Origin: a virus
Taxonomy: Duplodnaviria; Caudoviricetes
Virus record (IMG/VR): IMGVR_UViG_3300023179_000109
Location: 1 to 62,624 of that record
Length of the DNA: 62,624 nt
Strand: one strand, 5' to 3'
In this document: piece by piece, positions 9,664-19,838 of the stretch
Layout: each line of letters opens with the position of its first letter
Numbering within the stretch: position 1 is the stretch's first letter
The notes under the pieces: generated by a model
Database searches by the model: none
Told to the model about the DNA's origin: nothing
The model's input: only the letters and a program-made list of their open reading frames with translations
Position numbers and translations under genes: made by a program

Positions 9664-10152
9664 ATGAACAAGCTCATCCTAGCTGCAGCTATGTGTATAA
9701 TTACCATAGTCCCGCACAACAAGTTTACAAAAGACATTTATGTGGAATCTGTTTCCAACAAGATTCAAATTGGAAATCTTGCAGGAAACAGAAACCTTGA
9801 GTTTGGTGTTCGTAACATTCTGGAAGAATTTTTACAGGAAAAAAACTATGACCTGAATCCAGAATCAAAATCAAAAGTTTTAGTTGAAATTGTCTATTTG
9901 GACGTTCTCAAAACAAAATCTAATCTTTCAGTTTTTCACAAAAACGAAGAATCGGTTGTTATCCGATTGAAAGGCATTCTAAAAGTTGATGGTAAAAAAA
10001 TTAAAGAAGTAATCGTTGAGGAAGAATCCTCTGAGATTTCCATGTCAACACTTGCTGTTGATAATGGTGGCCAATTTAACCAACAATCACTTAGTAATGC
10101 AATCAAAAAAGCTTGTGAGAAGTTGGCGGATAAATTATTTGAGACAAAATAA
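9664..10152 (+). CDS. secreted protein, paralogous to the CsgG-like protein at 13919
   Basis: signal peptide; GVRNILEEFL and FNQQSLSNAIKKAC resemble GVTNIVLEYL and FNQSTISISTKKAL. Confidence 0.55.
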   Translation: MNKLILAAAMCIITIVPHNKFTKDIYVESVSNKIQIGNLAGNRNLEFGVRNILEEFLQEKNYDLNPESKSKVLVEIVYLDVLKTKSNLSVFHKNEESVVIRLKGILKVDGKKIKEVIVEEESSEISMSTLAVDNGGQFNQQSLSNAIKKACEKLADKLFETK

Positions 10153-10154
10153 AT

Positions 10155-12266
10155 ATGAAAAAATTTTTAATTTTAGGGTTTTTAATGATGTCCCTAACAT
10201 CATTTAGTCAAATTAAATTTAAGTTTCCTGACACAAGAGTTCTTACCGATATTAATGGTGGCGTTATTGATAGAGGAGACCAATTTGACGTTATGGTTCA
10301 TGCGAACGGTAATGGTAATGCAGCTACGAGACAATTATTGTTTGATTTTCAATACGACCAAACAAACTTTGAGGTAATTTCAGTTAATCATACAGGTACA
10401 GGAGGTAACGGTGGAGTACTTCCATCAGGTTCAAACATACAATTATCTTGGCAGAATTATCCTGGTTATACTTACGCAGGAAACAGTACTTTTACTGACG
10501 GAACACAAAGATATTTGTCAAACGCAACCTATACATATAATGCTACAGGGTCTAATGCGATTCTTAGAGCAACTTTAACATGGGCTACAAATTCGGCAAT
10601 GCCGTTTAATGCTTACTCTCAAATTGTGATTGTAAGATTTAGATTAAAAGCGGCATCTACAGCGAATTCATTCAATCCTGTTAAATTAAATTTTGTTGCG
10701 GGTTGGAATGGCCAAGGAGTTGCGGTTTCAACATTTATGGATAGTCCATTATTAACTGAAGTTATAATGAACCAAAATACAGGTAAATTTGTGACTGCAA
10801 AAGTTGATGTTAACTCTAATCTATATAATTTAACAAATATTAAAGTGTCCTTTAGAGATACAATATCAAATACAGGACAATTATTTAGTGTGTTATCAAA
10901 TGGTAACGTTGATGTGAATCAATCATTATTATCTGAAAACAAAGTTTATGAAGTGACAGTGATGCACAACATGGATAATACAAATGCAATATACAACGGA
11001 GCAATAACAATATCAGATTTTACAACAGCACAAGGGGAGTTCACATCAATGGGTTTAGATGGAAGTAATGGTCAAATATTAAGAACAGGACAGTCTTTAT
11101 ATGCAGCTGACATTAATAGAAATAAAGTTATTGATGGTGGGGATTTACCAAGACTATTAGGTCAAATTGTTGGAATAGATACTTTAGTGACAGTTCCTTC
11201 TGGATATGTCACAGGTAGTGGTGGATATATGAGTCTACCAACTTGGAGGGAAACAGATGCAATAAGTGTCGCGGGTCAAACTGAATGGTGTGTTGTTAAT
11301 GTTAATGGATATGGACAAGGTCAAACAAGAGTCTACATTGATATGAGAGAATTTAGTGGTACAAACGTATTACCTGAAAATATCAAAAGTTTACAATTGT
11401 TTGATTTATATTCAGGACCTGTTGAATTCATGAGTAAAGATGCATCTTGGGCTTTTTACAAAGTACCGTCAACATTCACAACAATATCAACATCAACATT
11501 TGCACCTTACATCAGAAGTATGGGTAACAATGACTACGGTCTCAAATCGGAATTCACATTTAATCCAAACCCTTCTAATTCATGGGGTTCAGTAACAACA
11601 ACAAATTGGAAAGACATTACATATCCTAAAACATACTTCAAAACGGGAGTTTTAGGAACAAACGAAATTTTAGAATTAAAATATCTTTTGTGGGGTGACG
11701 TAAATCGTTCACACTCATCTCAAGTTGTTGTTATCAATAATGGAGCAACAACAATTCAAACAAATGCTGTTAATAGTTTACAAACAAATACTGCTTTTAT
11801 TACAACTGCATCAAACACAGGATTTATTAACACATCAACAGGTGAAGTTAACTCAATCAATGTTAATTTATCAAACATAACAGTAACATCCAACAGTGTT
11901 GAAATACCTATTGGGGTTAATACTAACGGAAATTCAGTCGGAGCGTTACAATTTGAGTTCCAATACGACCCATTAAAAATTAAGTTTGAAGAGCTAAAGT
12001 CTGAGGTTCCAAATTCTTGGTACATTTTTGTAAATTCAAAAGACGGTAAAGTTAAATTTGGAGCAATTGACCAAAACAATAAGACTTCAATAAACGGAAA
12101 TTTGATTCCATTCAAATTAAGATTTTCAACAATAGGTAATGGTGTAGACATTTTAACATCAGTCAAAGTTTCTCCAACAATGGATGCAAGTAATTCAAAA
12201 GGAGTTCAATTAGGAATTGACTTGAACTCAACTCAAATAAAATTAACAGGTTATAATAATTTTTAA
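10155..12266 (+). CDS. secreted cohesin-like/dockerin-like/cohesin-like protein
   Basis: signal peptide; FDFQYDQTNFEV and LQFEFQYDPLKIKF cohesin-like strands; ADINRNKVIDGGD Ca-binding loop. Confidence 0.6.
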   Translation: MKKFLILGFLMMSLTSFSQIKFKFPDTRVLTDINGGVIDRGDQFDVMVHANGNGNAATRQLLFDFQYDQTNFEVISVNHTGTGGNGGVLPSGSNIQLSWQNYPGYTYAGNSTFTDGTQRYLSNATYTYNATGSNAILRATLTWATNSAMPFNAYSQIVIVRFRLKAASTANSFNPVKLNFVAGWNGQGVAVSTFMDSPLLTEVIMNQNTGKFVTAKVDVNSNLYNLTNIKVSFRDTISNTGQLFSVLSNGNVDVNQSLLSENKVYEVTVMHNMDNTNAIYNGAITISDFTTAQGEFTSMGLDGSNGQILRTGQSLYAADINRNKVIDGGDLPRLLGQIVGIDTLVTVPSGYVTGSGGYMSLPTWRETDAISVAGQTEWCVVNVNGYGQGQTRVYIDMREFSGTNVLPENIKSLQLFDLYSGPVEFMSKDASWAFYKVPSTFTTISTSTFAPYIRSMGNNDYGLKSEFTFNPNPSNSWGSVTTTNWKDITYPKTYFKTGVLGTNEILELKYLLWGDVNRSHSSQVVVINNGATTIQTNAVNSLQTNTAFITTASNTGFINTSTGEVNSINVNLSNITVTSNSVEIPIGVNTNGNSVGALQFEFQYDPLKIKFEELKSEVPNSWYIFVNSKDGKVKFGAIDQNNKTSINGNLIPFKLRFSTIGNGVDILTSVKVSPTMDASNSKGVQLGIDLNSTQIKLTGYNNF

Positions 12267-12268
12267 TC

Positions 12269-12640
12269 ATGAAAAAGATAAACAAAATTTTAGGTTTAGG
12301 GTTTTTAATTACCCTTTTAGCTCTGAGTTGTACGAAGATTGACATACCACAACCTCAAGTAATTGATTTAGGTGTCAAATCAACTTCAACAACTATAAAA
12401 TCAATATCTCAAACGGGTAATATTGTTACCGCTGAGTTTGAAACAACGGTAGGTTCAAAGTATTCGGTTCAAATTATACCTTTTGGTGGCGAAATACCTT
12501 CAAAAAAAGAAGGGTTTACTGCGACAGAAGGTGTTACAAAGAAAGTATATGACTTATCGGACTTGTCAAAAAAATACTACGACATAGTCTTCATAGACAT
12601 TAGTGGTAATGAGACAAAATATCCAATTTTAATAAAATAA
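12269..12640 (+). CDS. lipoprotein
   Basis: LALSC lipobox. Confidence 0.7.
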   Translation: MKKINKILGLGFLITLLALSCTKIDIPQPQVIDLGVKSTSTTIKSISQTGNIVTAEFETTVGSKYSVQIIPFGGEIPSKKEGFTATEGVTKKVYDLSDLSKKYYDIVFIDISGNETKYPILIK

Positions 12641-12652
12641 AAAAATAAAAAA

Positions 12653-12976
12653 ATGTCAGAAGAAACACAACAAGGTCAGGAACATAACGATGGTACATGG
12701 TCAGGACTTAAAAAAACAATCGTAGGTACTTTAGGTACCGTAGTTGCAGGTGGTGGTGTATTTTTAAGTACACTATTATTCGGTGGTCAAAAAGAAGAAG
12801 AAAAATCACCAGCACAACAACCATCAATAATAATCAACAACACTCAACAGCAACAACAAGCGGCTGCGGGTGGTAAAACAGTTGTAATAAAAGAAGCTGC
12901 AAAACCTGTACAACCAGCACCTGCTCCTAAAAAGAAAAATGGTGATGAGTTTAAGGAAGAAGCACCGAAATGGTAA
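12653..12976 (+). CDS. single-TM protein with a Gln/Pro-rich tail
   Basis: hydrophobic segment followed by low-complexity tail. Confidence 0.6.
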   Translation: MSEETQQGQEHNDGTWSGLKKTIVGTLGTVVAGGGVFLSTLLFGGQKEEEKSPAQQPSIIINNTQQQQQAAAGGKTVVIKEAAKPVQPAPAPKKKNGDEFKEEAPKW

Positions 12977-12989
12977 AAAAGATTAAATT

Positions 12990-13559
12990 ATGAGTACCCA
13001 ACCAAGCACAGGATTCAAAGATTTACTCTTTTCAGTTATGAAAAGAAGATGGTTTATAACAGCCATCGTACTATTCACCTTTTTTGGTACAATCCTTGCC
13101 ATTTTTATGGCAATTTTGATGAAGACACAAATGTCAGGTGAATGGAAAGAATTGTTATTGTTATTATTAGGAGCTTTCATTGGAAGTTATGGTAAAATTA
13201 TTGATTACTGGTTTAGTGACCAGGATAAAGATAAGATGCTTGTTCAAAAAATGGACGAAGAAGATGGAATTACTCTATCTAACACTTTGAACATGAAAAA
13301 CCAAGAAACTCCCGCTACACCAATTATTCCTGAAATGTCAATTCCAGTAGTTCCGTTACAAAGTAACCAAGTTAAACCCGTTGAAATAGACGAGGATGGT
13401 GATGGTGTAATGGACGGTATTGATAATGACGGAGATGGGGTTATTGATGAATATTTTGAACACAGAAATTGTCACCACGTTTGGGGCGATTCAGACCATG
13501 ACGGACATGAAGAATGTTTAGTATGCGGTCTATTAAAAGAAAATTTAGAACAAAACTAA
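12990..13559 (+). CDS. two-TM protein with DxDxDG Ca-binding repeats and a His/Cys C-terminus
   Basis: DEDGDGVMDGIDNDGDG; CHHVWGD...CLVC. Confidence 0.65.
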   Translation: MSTQPSTGFKDLLFSVMKRRWFITAIVLFTFFGTILAIFMAILMKTQMSGEWKELLLLLLGAFIGSYGKIIDYWFSDQDKDKMLVQKMDEEDGITLSNTLNMKNQETPATPIIPEMSIPVVPLQSNQVKPVEIDEDGDGVMDGIDNDGDGVIDEYFEHRNCHHVWGDSDHDGHEECLVCGLLKENLEQN

Positions 13560-13563
13560 AACT

Positions 13564-13794
13564 ATGAAAATAATAAATTTAAACAGATTAAGCGACCTAA
13601 TAGTGTTAGGATTTGTAAAACTATGCTGCCTGTGGGTAGTATCCGCATTATGTTTTGAAATGTTTGTAATATATCTACAAGCATCTGGACAAGAACAGAG
13701 ACAACAAGACATGATTAACAAAATAGAATGGAAATTTGATGGAACATTCAAAAACAATCCTGATAACATTTGGTATGAAGAACCTAAAAAATAA
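13564..13794 (+). CDS. small membrane protein
   Basis: ORF in operon with one TM segment. Confidence 0.55.
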   Translation: MKIINLNRLSDLIVLGFVKLCCLWVVSALCFEMFVIYLQASGQEQRQQDMINKIEWKFDGTFKNNPDNIWYEEPKK

Positions 13795-13918
13795 TATTAT
13801 GTCTAAAACTCAAGAAATTATAAGATTTATAGGGATATGTTGTATAGCAATATTTGGATTAGTAATTATGTCTTTTGGATTCAGTATGTTAATAACTCCT
13901 TTTTTAAAATAACTTAAA

Positions 13919-14638
13919 ATGAAAAAAACAATGGTTTTCTTGACAGTAATACTGTTGAGCACGGGAGCTTTTTCCCAAACAATAGGTAAAACCAAAACAG
14001 AAGATTACAAAGCTTCGTTTGAAACAAAAAGTGATATCTCACAATTTTTGGATTATGACGGACCAAAAAAGAATATTCAACTTCTGAAATGTGGTATCAA
14101 TGATGAAATGTATGAGATGTACCCTGAACTAAAAGAAAAAAGAGTTGGTTTGGGTGTTACAAACATTGTACTTGAATATCTTGATAATTTAAATCGTTTT
14201 GAATTTACAGAAGACAAAACAGAAATTAAAAACAGAATGGTAAAACAATTCCAAGCCTCTCAAGCGGGAATTTCTGAAAACAAATTAGACGGTAGAGGTA
14301 AGATTAAATTAGCTCACTACTTTGTTGAAATTGAATGTTATGACTACTCTGTTTCTGAAGATGAAACTGTGAATTTGAAAGACGGTGTAAAGAATATATT
14401 AGTAACACGTATTGGATTACAAGTTAGATTTACAGATGCGGAAAACGGTACAATCATAGCAGCATCTGGATTAGGGGAAGCAAAAACAACAAGAGAATTA
14501 ACTTTATTATCTGACGCAACCGTTGACCCTGTTAAATTCAACCAATCTACAATTAGCATTTCAACTAAAAAGGCTTTGGATGTTGCATGTGCTAACATTT
14601 TAGGTAAAATGGTGAAAAAAGGAATATTCGTTAAGTAA
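13919..14638 (+). CDS. csgG: CsgG/HfaB-family outer-membrane pore-like protein
   Basis: signal peptide; LDNLNRFEFTE and GLQVRFTDAENGTIIAASGLGEA match the CsgG-fold pattern. Confidence 0.6.
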   Translation: MKKTMVFLTVILLSTGAFSQTIGKTKTEDYKASFETKSDISQFLDYDGPKKNIQLLKCGINDEMYEMYPELKEKRVGLGVTNIVLEYLDNLNRFEFTEDKTEIKNRMVKQFQASQAGISENKLDGRGKIKLAHYFVEIECYDYSVSEDETVNLKDGVKNILVTRIGLQVRFTDAENGTIIAASGLGEAKTTRELTLLSDATVDPVKFNQSTISISTKKALDVACANILGKMVKKGIFVK

Positions 14639-16002
14639 TGAAAAAATGGTTTGTGTTTTTATTCATATTCATGCAACTTGCTCTGAAAAGCTCAGGGCAA
14701 GTTGTTACACAAACCTATTTAGACCCATGTAGTTTAAAAACTTATGTGGTATCAATTCCAATACAATCTAATTCAGGAGTTCTGGTTATAGTTAGAGATA
14801 AATCAAAAGTATTCACATATTCACAGTTTGTATCAGGAGAAGTGGATACATGGATAAAAAACATTTTTGCAGCACCATGTCCAACAAGTCAAGTAGTTCA
14901 ACAAACGGTAACAGCGACGGTGGCTCAAGCGGCATCACAGGCGGCTTCATCAGCGGCTTCTTCAGCAGCTTCATCTGCAGCTTCGTCAGCATCCTCGGCA
15001 GCGTCTTCAACTGCGTCTTCCGCGGCATCTACCACATCTTCACCACCACCAGCAACATCATCGTCTTCATCATCTACTTCCCAATCGTCCTCATCTGGTG
15101 GTTCTTCGTCTACATCAGAGAGCAAGAGTGAGACAAGTAGTTCATCAAGTGAAACAAGTTCAGAATCTAAGAGCGAGAGTAGTTCAGAAAGTAAGTCGGA
15201 AAGTAAAAGTAAGGAAAAAAAATCAGATGAAAAAAAGTCTGATGAAAAGAAAGAAGAAAAGAAGGACGAGAAAAAAGACGACAAGAAAAAAGAAGAAAAG
15301 AAAAAAATTCAAGTTGCCAACCCAATGTTGTTGGCGTCAGATTTAACTTCCGCACAAGGACCTGATTACAAATATAATGTAATATTATCTTTAGGGGTTA
15401 GTAAATCATCGGCACTGGGAAATCAAAGTTGGAGTGCAACAGGATTAATTTGGAGCTCACTTAATCAATTTGCAGTTAGCGGAGGATATACAAAAATGGA
15501 TTTCCAACAAGGTAAGTTAAATGCAATTCATTCTTATTCAATGACTACGGCATATCTGACTGGAAATTGGATGACCATGGGTGGATACACTTACATAAAA
15601 CCACATCCAAAACATGGTACTTACGGATACAACTTAGGTATCATTTCGCTTTTCTTGAAGAATGAGGAAATAGTTGGAGAAGGAAAATTTGTAAGAACAA
15701 AGACCGTGTTTTACACGTCAATTACCACTTCAGCAGTTGCGTTTTGGACAAAACCATACCAATATTCACAAAAAATTACAATATCGCCACAAGTTTTTGT
15801 TATGAATTCACCAATACTTTGGAATTCAAAAACAGGAGAAACTACAGTTGGAAGAAACTTTGGTTTTTTACTTGGAAGTTCATTTGATTATAAAATCACA
15901 AAGAGATTTGGACTCAGTTTGAACTATAAACTTTCTGCTTCAACGCAGAAAAATTCGCCGATTTTAAGTAATTTCTTAATCGGTTCAAGAGTAATGTTAT
16001 GA
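14638..16002 (+). CDS. secreted protein with Ala/Ser- and Lys/Glu-rich linker and a probable C-terminal beta-barrel
   Basis: signal peptide, low-complexity linker, alternating amphipathic strands ending FLIGSRVML. Confidence 0.6.
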   Translation: MKKWFVFLFIFMQLALKSSGQVVTQTYLDPCSLKTYVVSIPIQSNSGVLVIVRDKSKVFTYSQFVSGEVDTWIKNIFAAPCPTSQVVQQTVTATVAQAASQAASSAASSAASSAASSASSAASSTASSAASTTSSPPPATSSSSSSTSQSSSSGGSSSTSESKSETSSSSSETSSESKSESSSESKSESKSKEKKSDEKKSDEKKEEKKDEKKDDKKKEEKKKIQVANPMLLASDLTSAQGPDYKYNVILSLGVSKSSALGNQSWSATGLIWSSLNQFAVSGGYTKMDFQQGKLNAIHSYSMTTAYLTGNWMTMGGYTYIKPHPKHGTYGYNLGIISLFLKNEEIVGEGKFVRTKTVFYTSITTSAVAFWTKPYQYSQKITISPQVFVMNSPILWNSKTGETTVGRNFGFLLGSSFDYKITKRFGLSLNYKLSASTQKNSPILSNFLIGSRVML

Positions 16003-16625
16003 TAAAGAAAATATTAGATATTAGACATTTTATAATTTTGTTTTTATTAATTACGTGTCTTTTTTTACAAGACAATAAACCAAAGAAAGAGATTGTAATA
16101 AAGGAAGTACCATCAAAACCTGAATTAATACACGATACAATATCACAAGAAATTCCAGTTTATTTACCTGGTGAACCAATCTTAAAGGATACCACAATTT
16201 ACGTCACAACAATTGAAAAGGTTGATACGTCAGCAATCCTTAGAGATTATTTAGTTTTCAATAAATTTTCAGACACATTAAAATTATCAAATAACCAAGG
16301 ATTTGTTTATTTGAACCAAACCGTTAATGAAAACAAAATTGTAGATAGAAAATTCTCAGCAACAATCAAACCTAAAATTGTTAGAGAAACACCGCCACCC
16401 CCACCTCCAATAAGAAACCAAGTATTTTTTGGTATCAACGGTGCAGTGAGCAAAGAAGATTGGGTTAATTCAATCGGCTTGGGATTGATACTCAAAACAA
16501 AAAAAGACCATTTATTTCAGGTTAATCTTGGTGTGGCTAACAGAACTGTAGATGGAACAACTGGCGAGCTGAGACCGTATGTTGGAGGGGGGGTTTATTG
16601 GAAAGTAAAAGTTAAAAAAGACTAG
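15999..16625 (+). CDS. membrane-anchored protein with C-terminal beta-hairpins (spanin-like or outer-membrane protein)
   Basis: N-terminal TM segment, poly-Pro tract, PYVGGGVYWK terminus. Confidence 0.5.
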   Translation: MIKKILDIRHFIILFLLITCLFLQDNKPKKEIVIKEVPSKPELIHDTISQEIPVYLPGEPILKDTTIYVTTIEKVDTSAILRDYLVFNKFSDTLKLSNNQGFVYLNQTVNENKIVDRKFSATIKPKIVRETPPPPPPIRNQVFFGINGAVSKEDWVNSIGLGLILKTKKDHLFQVNLGVANRTVDGTTGELRPYVGGGVYWKVKVKKD

Positions 16626-16648
16626 ACTATTTATAATAAAACAGTCAT

Positions 16649-17176
16649 ATGGGTTTACGTGAATTAATTAAAGAATCTCTTGAACAACAATTGAATAAGT
16701 CTCTTATTTTGAGAGAAAATTCTAATGTTTCAGATTCTTTAAAATATCACATAGATAATGGTCTTACATTAACCAATAATATATACAGAGTCTATTCTGA
16801 AGGTTACTTTGATTTGGTAAATGAGGTTAGAGAATTGTTTAATGAAGGTAAGATTGACCTTAATGAAGAGGATACTTTAATGATTGAATCTGATTTAGGG
16901 GTTAAAGTAAAAATTGGTAAAGAATACGTTTATTTGGACGCACCATATATCCACGAAAGTGAAGAGGATATTTTAACTGAATCCAAAATACCAAGAGGAA
17001 ATAAGAAATTTGCAGTTTACACTAAGGCAAAAAATGGTGGGGTTAAAAAAGTGACTTTTAATAATTCTAATTCAATTATTAAAGAGAGTCGCATGTGTTC
17101 TCAAAAAACAGATAGAACAACTGCAGGATATTGGTCTTGTAATGTTGGTAGGTTCGCTAAACAATTGGGGTTATAA
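16649..17176 (+). CDS. hypothetical phage protein
   Basis: ORF after TATTTATA; KKVTF...AGYWSC C-terminal motif. Confidence 0.6.
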   Translation: MGLRELIKESLEQQLNKSLILRENSNVSDSLKYHIDNGLTLTNNIYRVYSEGYFDLVNEVRELFNEGKIDLNEEDTLMIESDLGVKVKIGKEYVYLDAPYIHESEEDILTESKIPRGNKKFAVYTKAKNGGVKKVTFNNSNSIIKESRMCSQKTDRTTAGYWSCNVGRFAKQLGL

Positions 17177-17193
17177 TCTTCAAATTCATACTA

Positions 17194-17484
17194 ATGGACT
17201 TAGAAAAAATTAAAAATTATTTACAAACTTATTTGGATGATGTATTAACACCAACAATCAATAAAGAGTTAGTTGGTGAAGAAGATGAGCCAATTACTCT
17301 AACAGTACATGCATTAAGAAAGGGTAGTTACCAACCACCAATTTTTCATATTTTTATTGATATTGACCCTAATTGGCAGGGTAGTCTTTTAAAAAGATTA
17401 GAAAAAAATATTGAAGATTTTATAAAAATTTTTTCTATAAAAAATAAAGTAAAAGTTCATTGGAACAAAAGACCGTTATTTTAA
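17194..17484 (+). CDS. hypothetical protein
   Basis: ORF track. Confidence 0.55.
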   Translation: MDLEKIKNYLQTYLDDVLTPTINKELVGEEDEPITLTVHALRKGSYQPPIFHIFIDIDPNWQGSLLKRLEKNIEDFIKIFSIKNKVKVHWNKRPLF

Positions 17485-17496
17485 AATTATTTATCC

Positions 17497-17736
17497 GTGC
17501 CAAACAAATTGTTAACTGCCGAACAAATTTCAATTTCCAAGTCTAACTATAATCATATAGATATTGGGTATTTCAAATACAAATCACATACACCTACAAT
17601 GGTAGATTGTATAAAAGAATATCCTATTACGGAGTTCATTTTAGAAAAAATTAAGAAAAAAGAATTGATTTGGGAATTTGAAATGGAAGAACAAAAACCA
17701 AAATTATACAACGGAAAATTAATCGTTTTAATATAG
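17497..17736 (+). CDS. hypothetical protein
   Basis: ORF track. Confidence 0.45.
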   Translation: MPNKLLTAEQISISKSNYNHIDIGYFKYKSHTPTMVDCIKEYPITEFILEKIKKKELIWEFEMEEQKPKLYNGKLIVLI

Positions 17737-18498
17737 TTTGGTCAGGTCAAATTTCTTAACAAAGGCAGGAAATGCTTCTTTATAAGACTCCTCAGTTTCA
17801 TCTGTAATCTTGTTTGTAAACTGCCAATTCCAATAAAAGTTATCGTTGGGTTTGAATCCGTAAAATGTGTGAACTCTTTTTTGAGTATCTACAACATCCA
17901 TACCTTTCCAGTTTTGTCCAGTACAAATGAATCCACTTTGAATACCCTCAACAATATTTGATTCACCTAAGGTATAGTGTCTATTCTCAATCCAAGTTAA
18001 TCTTTCAATTAGTTTTTGGTAGAACATATTGGCTTGACCCCATCTTACAGAACTAAAAAATATAACAGCATTTGAGTCAAATAACTCTTTTGATATTTTC
18101 CAAAGTTCATCACTTTTGTCATTTAAACTTGCCCAACATCTGTGATATCCTGTTGGATTTTTATCTTTGTCTTTAAGTTTGGCTTTCATTACTCCACAAG
18201 AGTTACCATCTTTTCTTGAAACATTACCCTCACAAGGTACAATGTTTAATTCAGGAACATCAATCAAAACTGATTTGTCATTTAGATATTCGTTGATAAC
18301 CATTCCAAGAATTGTTGACTTGGGAATATCAACATCATTTGGGTCCCAATTATATCTGTTGGAGCATGTTAATAGTAATACCTTATCTAACTTTTGAAGT
18401 TCAGATATTGTCTTTTCAAGTTTTTTCAAATTACCTGTAGAGTTGTTCTTTTCGGTAACGTTGTACTTGTCAAATATTTCTTGTAATCTATTATCCAT
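17728..18498 (-). CDS. flavodoxin-fold NAD(P)H-dependent FMN reductase / iron-sulfur flavoprotein-like protein
   Basis: LLLTCSNR, IVPCEG, AVIFFSSVRWG...QKLIERL pattern. Confidence 0.65.
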   Translation of the reverse strand: MDNRLQEIFDKYNVTEKNNSTGNLKKLEKTISELQKLDKVLLLTCSNRYNWDPNDVDIPKSTILGMVINEYLNDKSVLIDVPELNIVPCEGNVSRKDGNSCGVMKAKLKDKDKNPTGYHRCWASLNDKSDELWKISKELFDSNAVIFFSSVRWGQANMFYQKLIERLTWIENRHYTLGESNIVEGIQSGFICTGQNWKGMDVVDTQKRVHTFYGFKPNDNFYWNWQFTNKITDETEESYKEAFPAFVKKFDLTKLY

Positions 18499-18557
18499 TC
18501 AATATAAATACTTCGTATAGTATAATAAAAAACCCACTTCTTAGGTGGGTTTGTATT

Positions 18558-19583
18558 TTAAGCTCTCATTGTTGGAACATTACTAATTTCTTCCCTAATA
18601 TCCATATCATTTAGTAATTCACGTAATGTATTCATTTCTCTTTGATAATTAGGTGTGGGAGGCTCTGGTTGTTCCATTGCTTGTTCATCAAGTGGAACTG
18701 TTTCATCTGGTTGTCCCATTGCGTGTTCATTAACAAACTCAATCCTCATTTTTTCATGTGAACTCAAACATTCATTATGAACTTGTTCTTGAATTTCATC
18801 TGAACATAAATTTTTGTTTGTATCTTGAGATTTAAAAATTTTTCTAACAATTGGGAATAAATAATCATCAGCATCAATGTCAAGATAATCAACCCTAGAA
18901 TCTTCCGCGTTCCAAAAACTAAATTCTAAATCACCATCTATCCCTTTATACCCCGCAAATTTATAACCCGTCTGTTTGTTAATGAAGTAAACTAAAATAC
19001 CTCTTCTCCAATATTTCTCAAAATAGTTTTTTTCTCTTTGATATGTTGTACACCATCTTGTTGATGCACCATATTTTGCGGATGCTGAGAATGTTAAAGG
19101 TCTAACAACAACCCACCTTTCATCTTCATATTCTTTAATAACCTGACCCTCAAGGTCTTTAGTTAATTCTTTCATTGAAGCTAGGGTTACCGCACCTCTA
19201 ACATCCTCAAGGTCTTTATAGGTAGAAACGTCCTTATTTTCAATTTGGTCTTTCTCCATATAATTCATAAATTCTTTTAGAGTTTGGTATGTATCGTTAC
19301 TGTAATGCTCTGTAATGAAATTTAAAATATAATACATCTGACCATCATTAAGACCATCAGTTGAAATTCCCTTATTCATTAACAATGATTGAACTTCCAA
19401 CGTACCTTTTAAGTAATCATTTTTATCTCCCCAAAATTTTTTTGGATTGAACTTTTGACCAAATATTTTACACAATAATGGGAGATATTTGTAAGACTTG
19501 GAAGTATCTAATCTTGTCATCATATCAAAAAATGTGACATTTAATTCAGGGTGTTGTTTTTTTAATTCATCTAAACGAGACAT
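18558..19583 (-). CDS. hypothetical protein of the KYGxxTxWC family (paralog of 53906-55399)
   Basis: VVRPLTFSASAKYGASTRWCTT. Confidence 0.65.
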   Translation of the reverse strand: MSRLDELKKQHPELNVTFFDMMTRLDTSKSYKYLPLLCKIFGQKFNPKKFWGDKNDYLKGTLEVQSLLMNKGISTDGLNDGQMYYILNFITEHYSNDTYQTLKEFMNYMEKDQIENKDVSTYKDLEDVRGAVTLASMKELTKDLEGQVIKEYEDERWVVVRPLTFSASAKYGASTRWCTTYQREKNYFEKYWRRGILVYFINKQTGYKFAGYKGIDGDLEFSFWNAEDSRVDYLDIDADDYLFPIVRKIFKSQDTNKNLCSDEIQEQVHNECLSSHEKMRIEFVNEHAMGQPDETVPLDEQAMEQPEPPTPNYQREMNTLRELLNDMDIREEISNVPTMRA

Positions 19584-19660
19584 ATTTTTACTTTTTATAA
19601 AATATAGGTAAAATAAAAGTTTGAGTCAAAAAAAAATCCATCATTTCTGAAGGATTTTAA

Positions 19661-19834
19661 TGCTGTTAGAGCAGGAGTCGAACCTACAAACGGAGATTCA
19701 ATAAGCGACATAAGTGCTTGCAAGCAGGTGGTCTACCCCAGTATCGCTTATCTATTTCTTTATCCGTACCCTCGGGACTGGAGGGTGTGTTTGCCAAGGT
19801 CATAACAGAGACAACCTAATTTCACCATCTAACA
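19661..19834 (-). ncRNA. oversized tRNA-like RNA (nominal anticodon GUC)
   Basis: acceptor TGTTAGA/TCTAACA, T-arm GTAGG-TTCGACT-CCTGC, stem CCCTC-CAGTCCC-GAGGG, inserted D-loop hairpin, ~80-nt variable arm. Confidence 0.7.
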
Positions 19835-19838
19835 ATTT

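Noticed and set aside
14813-15355. Multiple overlapping ORFs on both strands
   Set aside because: Artefacts of the low-complexity Ser/Ala/Lys/Glu linker of 14638-16002.
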